NCBI GenBank assembly: GCA_965221775.1 | Contig: CBDCSU010000005.1 | Span: forward strand, 672,001 to 736,000 | DNA from: Candidatus Latescibacterota bacterium | Lineage (GTDB): Bacteria > Latescibacterota > UBA2968 > UBA8231 | Length of the DNA: 64,000 bases | Reading direction: 5' to 3' | In this document: in pieces, positions 47,334 through 55,520 of the stretch | Layout: each line of letters opens with the position of its first letter | How positions within the stretch are numbered: the stretch's first letter is position 1 | The notes under the pieces: generated by a model | Databases searched by the model: none | What the model saw: the letters and a program-made list of their open reading frames with translations, nothing else | What the model was told of the DNA's origin: nothing | Translations under genes and position numbers: made by a program

Positions 47334-48301
47334 CCCTCCTCCCCCAACGCGAGGGCCGCCCGTATCTCCGCCCGAACCGCCTCGCGCAGCTCCTCGGGCT
47401 CCAGCACCTCGGCGGCGGCGCCGAAGCTGAGCACCCAGCTCCGGATCTCGAAGAAGCCACCCGCCCGCAGGCTCAGGACCACGCGCCCGTCGGGCAGCTC
47501 CTCCAGTTTCTGGCTGGGGTGCCAGATGCGCTCCCGCACGTAGGGCGCCTGGTCCGCGGCGAAGCGGACCACCACGTCCATGGGCTCCTCGTACGAGACC
47601 CCGAAGGCGTCCCTCACGCGCTCGTCGATGGGCAGGTGGTCGGGGGGGTCGAACTTCTCCTCCGTCACCACCACCTTCTCGAAGCGCTCCACGGCCTGGG
47701 TGATCAAGCGGTCGTACCGGGGCACGCGGGAGATCACGTACAGGCCGCCGCGGTACGGCAGGAAGCGCAAGGGCTCGATTCCGTACTGTCCGGCCTTCGT
47801 GGCCCTGGGTGACCGGTAGCTCACCCGGCAGACGCGGCGCTTCAGCATGGCCTCGTCCAGTTTCTCCACGATCTCCCGGGCGTCCTCGTAGGGCTTGTAG
47901 CCCCGGGCCAAGGGCACGTACGCGTCGGAGGCCCGCTCGAGGAACCGCCGCATCTCCGGGGACATGGCCGCGGTGATGCGGCGGACCACCGACCGCAGAT
48001 GCTCGCCGAAGGGCGTCCCCGCCAATCCCAGGCCCGCCCGCTCGGCGAAGATCATGGCCGCCACCTCCATGACCGGGAAGTTGAAGGGCAGACCGGTCTC
48101 CTTCAGCAGGTTGTAATAGACGTGCTGATCGTCACGGCGCTCTTCGCCAAGCACGAACCCGGCCTCGCGCAGGTGCCAGATGTCACGCTGGATGGTGCGC
48201 CTGTTTACGCCGTATTCCTCCGCAAGCTCGGGAACGTTTGCCCCGAAGCGCCGGGCCTGCAGGGTCCTCAGAATGTCCAGCTGTCGAACGACCTGTCTCA
48301 T
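47324..48301 (-). CDS. HTH-WYL-WCX transcriptional regulator (PafBC/DriD-like)
   Basis: ELAEEYGVNRRTIQRDI HTH; IEP..LYV..R..AVER; WHPSQ; WVLSFG..EVLEPEELR. Confidence 0.95.
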   Translation of the reverse strand: MRQVVRQLDILRTLQARRFGANVPELAEEYGVNRRTIQRDIWHLREAGFVLGEERRDDQHVYYNLLKETGLPFNFPVMEVAAMIFAERAGLGLAGTPFGEHLRSVVRRITAAMSPEMRRFLERASDAYVPLARGYKPYEDAREIVEKLDEAMLKRRVCRVSYRSPRATKAGQYGIEPLRFLPYRGGLYVISRVPRYDRLITQAVERFEKVVVTEEKFDPPDHLPIDERVRDAFGVSYEEPMDVVVRFAADQAPYVRERIWHPSQKLEELPDGRVVLSLRAGGFFEIRSWVLSFGAAAEVLEPEELREAVRAEIRAALALGEEGAT

Positions 48302-48313
48302 TGCAGTCCTCCC

Positions 48314-50680
48314 TCACCTAAGCAACAGCATGCGCTTGTGGATGGCCCACTTCCGCGTCTCCAGGCGGTAGACGTAGACGCCGCTGCCGGCATCCCGTCC
48401 GAACTCGTCGCGGCCGTCCCAGGACAGGCGGTGCTCCCCGGCCCCTGGGGCCTGGACCTGAATCTCCCGCACCACCTGGCCCGACAGGTTGTAGATGCGC
48501 AGGCGCATCGACTCGCCCGCCAAGTCCACCGGCACCTGGAAGGGGATCACCGTGGAGGCGTTGAAGGGGTTGGGCGCGTTCTGCTGCAGCACCGGGCGGG
48601 CGGGGCCCACTCCCGGTCGGATCTCCCAGGCCTGGTCGTCCACCACCACCACCATGGCCTGACCCAGTTGCGCGAAGAGGGCCAGCTCCTCAGGCTGGCC
48701 GGCCAGCCCTTCGTAGAGTTGCCTCGGCATGAGCGGCCGGTAGGCCTGGTCCATCCACACGTCGTCGCGCAAGACGAAATCGCGGCCCATCCAGTGGGCC
48801 GTGGCGGCCGTCTCCTCCACGTCCGTCGTCGGCCCGAAGTCCTCGTCCCCATCGTCCGCGGCCCCATCGCAGGTCGCGCAGGTGTCCTCGGAGTCCGGGA
48901 AGGCGCCCCCGCCGGCAAGGTCGCGCGGCTCGGGGTTGACCTCCACGCCCTCGTCCGGGGCAAAGAGTGACGTGCGCCGGGTCACCAACCGGTAGTCGAG
49001 CCCCAGGGCCAGGATGTCGTCGAGCAGCTCCGGCTCGGGGCCGAAGCGGGCGATCTGCTCCTCCAGGGCCAGCACCTTCTGGTAGGCCCACAATCGAGGC
49101 AACAATTCCAGGGAGACGTCGGTATGGGTGAATTCCAGGGAAAAGTCCTTCGATACGTCCCGGTCCCCCACCTGGCCGCTCACGCTCAGGGTGAAGAGCC
49201 CGCCCTGCTGGTAGCGGCCCACCTGGAACAGTTCCCGCCCCGCGGCCAGGGCCTCCACGCCCCGGGGATGCACGTCGTGGATGTCCGCCGAGCCGAAGGA
49301 CAGCTCGTCCACCAGCAGCACCGGGAAGGTGAACTCCTCGAACAGCACCCGCAGCGCCTCCTCGATGTCCCCCTCCTCCGACAGGAAGTGCGCTTCGCCG
49401 CCGTGCTCCTCGGCCAGCGCCGTCAGGAAGTTCTGGTCCACGTCGCGGCCGACGCCGATGGTGAACAGCCGCGCTTTCCCTCCCGACCACTGCCCCACCA
49501 ACTCGCTCAGCGGCTCCAGCTCGATCTCGCCGATATTCGGCAGCCCGTCGGTGAGGAAGATCACGTGGTTCACGCGCCCGGCGGGGAAAGCCTGTTGCAT
49601 CGCCCTTCCGAGACCCGCCTCGAAGTTGCTCACCCCCAACGCGTCCTGCCGGTTGATGAAGGCCGCCGCCGACTCCCTGTTCGACGCGTTGGCCGGCACC
49701 GGCGCCGCGGCGAAGGCGTCGGCCCGGTGGCTGAAGACGACGATGTTGAACAGGTCCTTCTCCACCAGATTTTCCAGCGCCGCCACCAGCGCCCCCTTCA
49801 CCGCCCCCAGCTTGCCCCGCTGCATGCTCGAGGAGATGTCGATGACGAAGGTCAGGCTGCGCGGCAGCGGGCCCTCATCGGTCAGCTCCGGCAGCGGCGG
49901 CAGCCACAGGGCGTAGTAGCCCAGGGCCTCGTCCTCCTCCGGCGCGAAGCTGAGCACCGTCGGCAGCAGCAGATCCCCGGTCCGCTGCAGGCTGAGGGTG
50001 AAGTCCTCCCGCGGCGTCAGGTCCTCGTCGCCGTAGAACACGTTCGCCGTGTGCGCATCCGGCCGGTCCACCTCCGTGATCCGCGGCAGGCCTGAAGTGG
50101 TGGCCTCAAATGCGTGCTGACTGCGCACGTGGGCGCGCAGCACGAACAGCTCCATCTGCAGCGCCTGGTCGGTCTCCGGCGCCAGCGGGAAGGTGTAGTC
50201 GATGCGGCCGTTGCGCGCGTCGAGCAGCTGCATGTACTCGAACTCCACCCGGCGGCTGCCCTGGGCCGGGAAGGGGAAGATGCTCAGCCGGAACTGGTTC
50301 GGCGTCACCTGCTCGATCAGGGCCGGGTCGATGCGCTGGCGCACGATGTCGTCGTAGACCTGCCGCGCCTCCTCCTTCTCCATGATCAGCCCCTGCACCC
50401 GCTTGTCCCCGATCCACAGCACCAGGTCGGTGATGATCGCCCCCTCGGGCAGGGTGAACTCGTAGATCCCCTCCACCTCCCACTCCGCGTGGTTGGTGAA
50501 GATCTGGTCGGTGCGCGTGCGCGCCACCCGCTCGTCGATGCGCACCTCCACCGTGACCGACGACAACTCCAGGTGCTGGCGGCCGTCGTCGCCCACGCCG
50601 GTGTACACATAGCCGATGCCGAGGGCGGGCAGGGGGGTCAGTATCAGGGCGGAGGTGAGTAGAATGAGTCGAAGGTGCAT
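48314..50680 (-). CDS. Secreted VIT + vWA domain protein with FlgD-Ig C-terminal domain
   Basis: VIT (FTLPEGAII..DPALIE); MIDAS DISSSM, FLTDG; QNAPNPFN..WDGRD..SGVY. Confidence 0.92.
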   Translation of the reverse strand: MHLRLILLTSALILTPLPALGIGYVYTGVGDDGRQHLELSSVTVEVRIDERVARTRTDQIFTNHAEWEVEGIYEFTLPEGAIITDLVLWIGDKRVQGLIMEKEEARQVYDDIVRQRIDPALIEQVTPNQFRLSIFPFPAQGSRRVEFEYMQLLDARNGRIDYTFPLAPETDQALQMELFVLRAHVRSQHAFEATTSGLPRITEVDRPDAHTANVFYGDEDLTPREDFTLSLQRTGDLLLPTVLSFAPEEDEALGYYALWLPPLPELTDEGPLPRSLTFVIDISSSMQRGKLGAVKGALVAALENLVEKDLFNIVVFSHRADAFAAAPVPANASNRESAAAFINRQDALGVSNFEAGLGRAMQQAFPAGRVNHVIFLTDGLPNIGEIELEPLSELVGQWSGGKARLFTIGVGRDVDQNFLTALAEEHGGEAHFLSEEGDIEEALRVLFEEFTFPVLLVDELSFGSADIHDVHPRGVEALAAGRELFQVGRYQQGGLFTLSVSGQVGDRDVSKDFSLEFTHTDVSLELLPRLWAYQKVLALEEQIARFGPEPELLDDILALGLDYRLVTRRTSLFAPDEGVEVNPEPRDLAGGGAFPDSEDTCATCDGAADDGDEDFGPTTDVEETAATAHWMGRDFVLRDDVWMDQAYRPLMPRQLYEGLAGQPEELALFAQLGQAMVVVVDDQAWEIRPGVGPARPVLQQNAPNPFNASTVIPFQVPVDLAGESMRLRIYNLSGQVVREIQVQAPGAGEHRLSWDGRDEFGRDAGSGVYVYRLETRKWAIHKRMLLLR

Positions 50681-50721
50681 GGCGGGGCTCCTTTGGCAGG
50701 AGGGGGACGGCGGAGGTCGGG

Positions 50722-52122
50722 TCAGTACCGGACATCGACACCCCGTGCCTCAAGGGCGGGGATCTGTTCGTTGATGGCCTCCTCGCTGAGGGGGTTGCCG
50801 CTCAGATGTATTGTATCGCCTTCACCCAGGCCGGGGTTGGCGACTAGGGGACCGATGTCCTGGATCTGGTTGCCACCCAACCCAAGCCAGTTCAGATTGG
50901 TCAACGTGGCGAGAGGGCTTGTATCGACGATCTCGTTGTCCTCCAAACCCAAGTGTTGGAGGTTGGTCAAGGCGGCCAGAGGACTCACATCGCCGATCTC
51001 GTTGGAATCCATCCACAGCACTTCCAGGCTGATCAGGAGGCCCACGGAACTCACATCTCCCATCCGGCCCTTGCCGAGGGCCAGCGTCTTCAAGCGGGGC
51101 AAGGCGGCCAGAGCGCTCACATCAACGATCTCGTTGCCCTGCACATACAGGGCTTCCAGATTGGTCAGGGCGGCCAGAGGTCTTACGTCGACGACCTCGT
51201 TGAAGTTCAGCCCCAGCGACTCCAGGCGGGTCAGGGAGGCCAGAGGGCCCACATCAACGATCTTGTTGGAGAACAGCCCCAACCATTCAAGGCCGGTCAA
51301 TTGCCCGACACCCGCCAAGCTGTGGATGTTCCGCTTGTCTGCCCTCAGTGATCTCACCGAAGCAATCTTCTGTCGGGTCATCCGCCCATCCGGGAGGAAC
51401 AAGGCGTCCCTCACGGCTGCTTCCAGGTTCTCATCCTCGAACCACTCGGTCTGAAGAACTACCCCGCTGGATGGAAGCAGGTTGCTGCCCGGATAGACCG
51501 CCGCTCTGAAGGTGGGGGTCTTTGGGAGATGATCCGTGCGCCGCAGGTGCTCCATCAGTGTTTCCACGGCCTCTGCCTGGTCCATGTCGATCGTCAGGGC
51601 GCTGTCGTCGAGCCTGACGGCCACCACTCCCCCCTGACCGCTCCAGCTCCGGCCCAGGAATGCGGCTACGGCTTCCCAGCCCACCAGCCGGTCCGACTCG
51701 GACAGCCTTTCGACGCTCCGGTCAATCCGCCAGTCGATGGCGGCCAGTCCCGCCGGCAGGTCGACGGGATCCCCGGGCCTCATCGCCAGGCGCAGGGGGT
51801 CCCCTTCGGGGCGAGCCCACAGCAGCGTCTCCTGGAGCAGACCGGAGGGATCGACGCAGCGCAGGGCTACCAGGCTGTCCGGCCGGCCCTGGTACTCCAC
51901 TTGGATGCCGGCCAGCGCCTGTCCCGCTTCGTCTGCGAGATGCACCCATACGCCGCGAGGAAACTCCGGGGACTCGATCATCACCCGGCCAGCGGCATCG
52001 CTCACGGCCTGAGCGCGGCCGGAGGGATCGGTTCCTGCGGCGAAGGGGGACTCCGTCTCGGCCGGTGACGCGGAGGGTGTCAGCGCCAGGAGAAGTCCGG
52101 CTCGAAGGATTGCGCGGTACAT
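50722..52122 (-). CDS. Internalin-like leucine-rich repeat protein
   Basis: ATG 52122, signal peptide; several 22-aa repeats such as LAALTNLQHLGLEDNEIVDTSP; LSGNPL cap. Confidence 0.88.
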   Translation of the reverse strand: MYRAILRAGLLLALTPSASPAETESPFAAGTDPSGRAQAVSDAAGRVMIESPEFPRGVWVHLADEAGQALAGIQVEYQGRPDSLVALRCVDPSGLLQETLLWARPEGDPLRLAMRPGDPVDLPAGLAAIDWRIDRSVERLSESDRLVGWEAVAAFLGRSWSGQGGVVAVRLDDSALTIDMDQAEAVETLMEHLRRTDHLPKTPTFRAAVYPGSNLLPSSGVVLQTEWFEDENLEAAVRDALFLPDGRMTRQKIASVRSLRADKRNIHSLAGVGQLTGLEWLGLFSNKIVDVGPLASLTRLESLGLNFNEVVDVRPLAALTNLEALYVQGNEIVDVSALAALPRLKTLALGKGRMGDVSSVGLLISLEVLWMDSNEIGDVSPLAALTNLQHLGLEDNEIVDTSPLATLTNLNWLGLGGNQIQDIGPLVANPGLGEGDTIHLSGNPLSEEAINEQIPALEARGVDVRY

Positions 52123-52215
52123 GGAGGGCCTTGGCAGGAATATACCACCCGGCAGCCGTGAAGCGATTCGGTTTCTCCCAGGCACGGAGGACCGATCTGC
52201 AGCCCGCCCGGAGGG

Positions 52216-54564
52216 CTACTCGCGAGCCACCGGCCTCAGCACCTGCACCGTCTCCGCTTCCGCCTCGATCCGCGGCCAGTCCCACAACTGCGGAATGTAC
52301 TCCAGGTCCGCCCACTTTCTCGCCTGGTCGGCGTAATGGGGGCTGCCGGGATGGCCGGAGGCCCCCAGGGGTACGATCCACAGGGAGCGGCTCCAGTCGG
52401 AGGGATCGTGGATGTAGCGGTTGACGGAGAGGCCGGTGACGGTGAAGGGGCCCTTGGGCGGGAAGCTCCCCGCCAGGGGCGTGTCGGAGTCGCCGTGGAC
52501 GGCCAGGGCCGGCGGGTCGAGCCATTCGGCGCAGTCGGGGAAAGTGTCGGACAGGGGATGCCGCGGCCGGGTGCGGTGCAGGCGGCCCCAGGTCCAGGTG
52601 GAGATCTCCTGCCCCAGCTCGGCGGATAGCGCGTCGACGGCTTTCTCCAGCGCCGGGACGACAAGGCGGCTCCAGTCGCCAACGGGGATCGGCAGCGCGG
52701 AGGGGTCGTTCCGCTCCATGGCCTGGTGCAGGGCCAGCACCGTCTCGCGCAGGACGGAGTCGGCACCGGCGGCGCCCGAGAGCACCTCCGTGGCCGCCTC
52801 GCCGAACAACTCCTTCACCACGCGCAGAACCATCTGTTTTCTCACTGACCCGTGGATGGTGGGCGCCACCCGGTCGCGGTCGACGCGGCCGTCCCACTCC
52901 ACCAGGACCTTCGCGGCCTCGGCGGCGCGGCCCTCCAGCCCTTCGACGGAGCCCAGCACCCCGCAGAACACGCGGGCGGGGTTGGAGATCATGTCGGCGT
53001 GGATCGCCGCCATGTCGTCGATGGCGGCGCCGCCGGGCCGCAGGTCGAGGAGGTGCGCCTGCACGCGGCGGGCCCGGAAGTCGTGGGAGAAGTTCAGGCC
53101 CACGTAGTAGGGATAGTCGTGGCCGGCGACGCGCTGGTTGCAGGTGACGGTGTACCCGCACTCCGGGTTGAGCGCCCTGGGCAGCTCGTCGTGCGGGATG
53201 TAGCCGTCCCACTCGTGGTCGCCGCTCCAGCCGGGCACGGCCCGCCAGCCGTTGGCCTCGCCCCGGACCGGGATCAAACCCTCGTGGAGATAGCCGAAGT
53301 TCCCCTCCACGTCGGCCACGGCGTAGTTGTTGACGCGGTCGGTCCAGTTGCGGAAGGCGTGGTGCAGACCGTCGACGCTCTCCGCCCTCATGGCGTCGCG
53401 GGCGGCGTCCAGCCACGGGGTGCCTTCCCGCAGGCCGGGGTCGCCGATGGCGATGCCGTACCCGGCGGCCGGGTCGCCGGCGATGACGGGTCCGTGATGG
53501 GTGATGGTGATCTCCACAGGCTCGGCGGAGCCGCCGCGGACGTCGATCGACTCGCGCAGGACCTCGGCGGGCACCCACTCGCCCTTGAACTCGTAGTCGC
53601 GGCCGTCGGCGGTCTCGCGGAAGCGCTCGATGAACAGGTCCTGCGTGTCGGCGCCGCCGTGGGTCATGCCCCAGGCGACGCGCTCGTTGTGGCAGAAATG
53701 GAGGGCCCCAGGCACCCCCGGCACCGAGTGGCCGATGACGTGAATGGTGGGACAGGAGAGGTGCACCTGGTAGTAGACGGAGGGCACGTCGAGGCCGCGG
53801 TGGGAGTCGCCGGCCACCAGGGGCGCGCCCGATTCGGTCAGCTCTCCGGAGATCGACCAGCCGTTGGAGCCGACCTCGATCTCGCCGAGCCAGTTGGCCT
53901 CGCGCACGGCGCCGTCGAGGGCCTCCAGGCCGTCGAGAAGGGGCCCCTCGTACTCCGCTCCGGGAGGCACGGTGAGCAGATTGCCGCGCGGATACCCCTT
54001 CATTAGCTTGGCGAGAGGTTCCGCCAGGCCCTTGGCCGCCAGCCGCGTGCGGAACAGCTTCGCCTCGAACGTCCCGAGCAGAGTGTTGCGGATCTTGTAC
54101 ACCGCCGCGCAGTGCCAGTCCTCCCACGGCTCCGGTTCCTTCTCAAGCAGCGAGTACTCCACCGGCAGGGCGCTGGTCGTCTCGATGAAGGCGTTGACCC
54201 CTTCGGCGTACGCCTGGACCATCTCGCGCGCCCGCGGACTGCTGGCCTCCAGATCACGCCGGGCGGCGCGTCCCATGCCGGCGGCGCGCAGCAGCCGGTC
54301 GCGCTCGAGGCCGGCGGCGCCGACGAACTCCGACCAGCGGCCGAGGGCCTGGTGGCGGTCGGCGTCCATGTGCCAGAGGCGGTCCTGGGCGGTGACGAAG
54401 CCCTGGGCGAAGAACAGGTCCCACTCGTCGGCGGCGCGGATGTGGGGGATGCCCCAGGGGTCGCGGAGGACTTCCACCGGCTCCCGCAGTCCGGGCAGGG
54501 ACAGGGGCGACGTCACGTCGGGCAGGGCGGCCTGCAGGTCGTCGCGGGTGATCTCTCTCGTCAT
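52216..54564 (-). CDS. Penicillin acylase family Ntn hydrolase
   Basis: DPWGIPHI, QDRLWHMD, GSNGW (Ser nucleophile), SGHPGSPHYADQ. Confidence 0.95.
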   Translation of the reverse strand: MTREITRDDLQAALPDVTSPLSLPGLREPVEVLRDPWGIPHIRAADEWDLFFAQGFVTAQDRLWHMDADRHQALGRWSEFVGAAGLERDRLLRAAGMGRAARRDLEASSPRAREMVQAYAEGVNAFIETTSALPVEYSLLEKEPEPWEDWHCAAVYKIRNTLLGTFEAKLFRTRLAAKGLAEPLAKLMKGYPRGNLLTVPPGAEYEGPLLDGLEALDGAVREANWLGEIEVGSNGWSISGELTESGAPLVAGDSHRGLDVPSVYYQVHLSCPTIHVIGHSVPGVPGALHFCHNERVAWGMTHGGADTQDLFIERFRETADGRDYEFKGEWVPAEVLRESIDVRGGSAEPVEITITHHGPVIAGDPAAGYGIAIGDPGLREGTPWLDAARDAMRAESVDGLHHAFRNWTDRVNNYAVADVEGNFGYLHEGLIPVRGEANGWRAVPGWSGDHEWDGYIPHDELPRALNPECGYTVTCNQRVAGHDYPYYVGLNFSHDFRARRVQAHLLDLRPGGAAIDDMAAIHADMISNPARVFCGVLGSVEGLEGRAAEAAKVLVEWDGRVDRDRVAPTIHGSVRKQMVLRVVKELFGEAATEVLSGAAGADSVLRETVLALHQAMERNDPSALPIPVGDWSRLVVPALEKAVDALSAELGQEISTWTWGRLHRTRPRHPLSDTFPDCAEWLDPPALAVHGDSDTPLAGSFPPKGPFTVTGLSVNRYIHDPSDWSRSLWIVPLGASGHPGSPHYADQARKWADLEYIPQLWDWPRIEAEAETVQVLRPVARE

Positions 54565-54603
54565 CTCTCTATCTCCCGTGCCTCACGGGGAGGACGGTTG
54601 CTG

Positions 54604-55368
54604 ATGGCAGGTATTACCCCCGAGGAGAGGTTCCAGTTCGATCTCGAAGGGTATCTCGTGGTGCCCGGCGTGCTCGACGGCCGGGAGGTGGCGCGGCTCA
54701 ACGAGCTGGCCGACGAGGTATGGGCCGGCGAGCCGGACGAGGGCGGCCTGCGGCGTACGAGCCGGGTCTCGCAATGGGGCCCTGACTTCCGCGACCTGAT
54801 CGATCATCCCCGCATCCTTCCGTACCTGGTGGAATGGCTGGGGCCGAAGTTCCGCATCGATCACGACTACTGCATCTTCATGAGCCCCGGCACCTCCCGG
54901 GGCAGCCTGCACGGCGGGCCGGCGCCCCAGTCGGGGGAGGGCGACCACTGGTACCGCTACTACCCCGACGGCACGATCCGCAACGGCCTCACCGTCTTCA
55001 CCTACAACCTGAGCGACTGCAATCCCGGCGACGGCGGCTTCGCCTGCATCCCGGGGAGCCACAAGACCAACCTGCGTTCCAGCGTGCCCCGGGAGGTGAT
55101 GCGCTTCGAGCGCCCCGCCCACTATGTGCGGCAGCCGCCGGCGAAGGCGGGGGACCTCCTCATCTTCACCGAAGCGCTGATCCACGGCACCCTCCCTTGG
55201 ACGGCCAGCCACGAACGCCGGGCCCTGCTCTACAAGTACAGCCCCGGCCACTCCGCCTGGAGCGACACCTGGTACGATCCCGCCGACTACCCGGGAGCGA
55301 CGGAGCAACAGATCCGCATCATGGCCCCACCCTCCGTGGGACGGCGGCCCGACTCGGTGCAGGCTTGA
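54604..55368 (+). CDS. Phytanoyl-CoA dioxygenase (PhyH) family 2OG-Fe(II) oxygenase
   Basis: ATG 54604; GYLVVPG, IPGSHK, AGDLLIF..HG..RR. Confidence 0.9.
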   Translation: MAGITPEERFQFDLEGYLVVPGVLDGREVARLNELADEVWAGEPDEGGLRRTSRVSQWGPDFRDLIDHPRILPYLVEWLGPKFRIDHDYCIFMSPGTSRGSLHGGPAPQSGEGDHWYRYYPDGTIRNGLTVFTYNLSDCNPGDGGFACIPGSHKTNLRSSVPREVMRFERPAHYVRQPPAKAGDLLIFTEALIHGTLPWTASHERRALLYKYSPGHSAWSDTWYDPADYPGATEQQIRIMAPPSVGRRPDSVQA

Positions 55369-55391
55369 AGGGATTCCCCGACGGTATAGCG

Positions 55392-55433
55392 GACCCGCGC
55401 GACACGGATCCGGAGCGCCGCTACAAGATGCTC
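55392..55433 (+). pseudogene. Short gene relic resembling a GH32-like propeller motif
   Basis: Intergenic DPRDTDPERRYKML with no start codon or continuation. Confidence 0.35.
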
Positions 55434-55520
55434 TGCCGGGACGGGACGGTAAAGCGGAAGCCGGGCGTCGGCCCCCGCGACCACGCAGGTCTCTCGTTTC
55501 CCATCGGCTGAGGATTCTCC

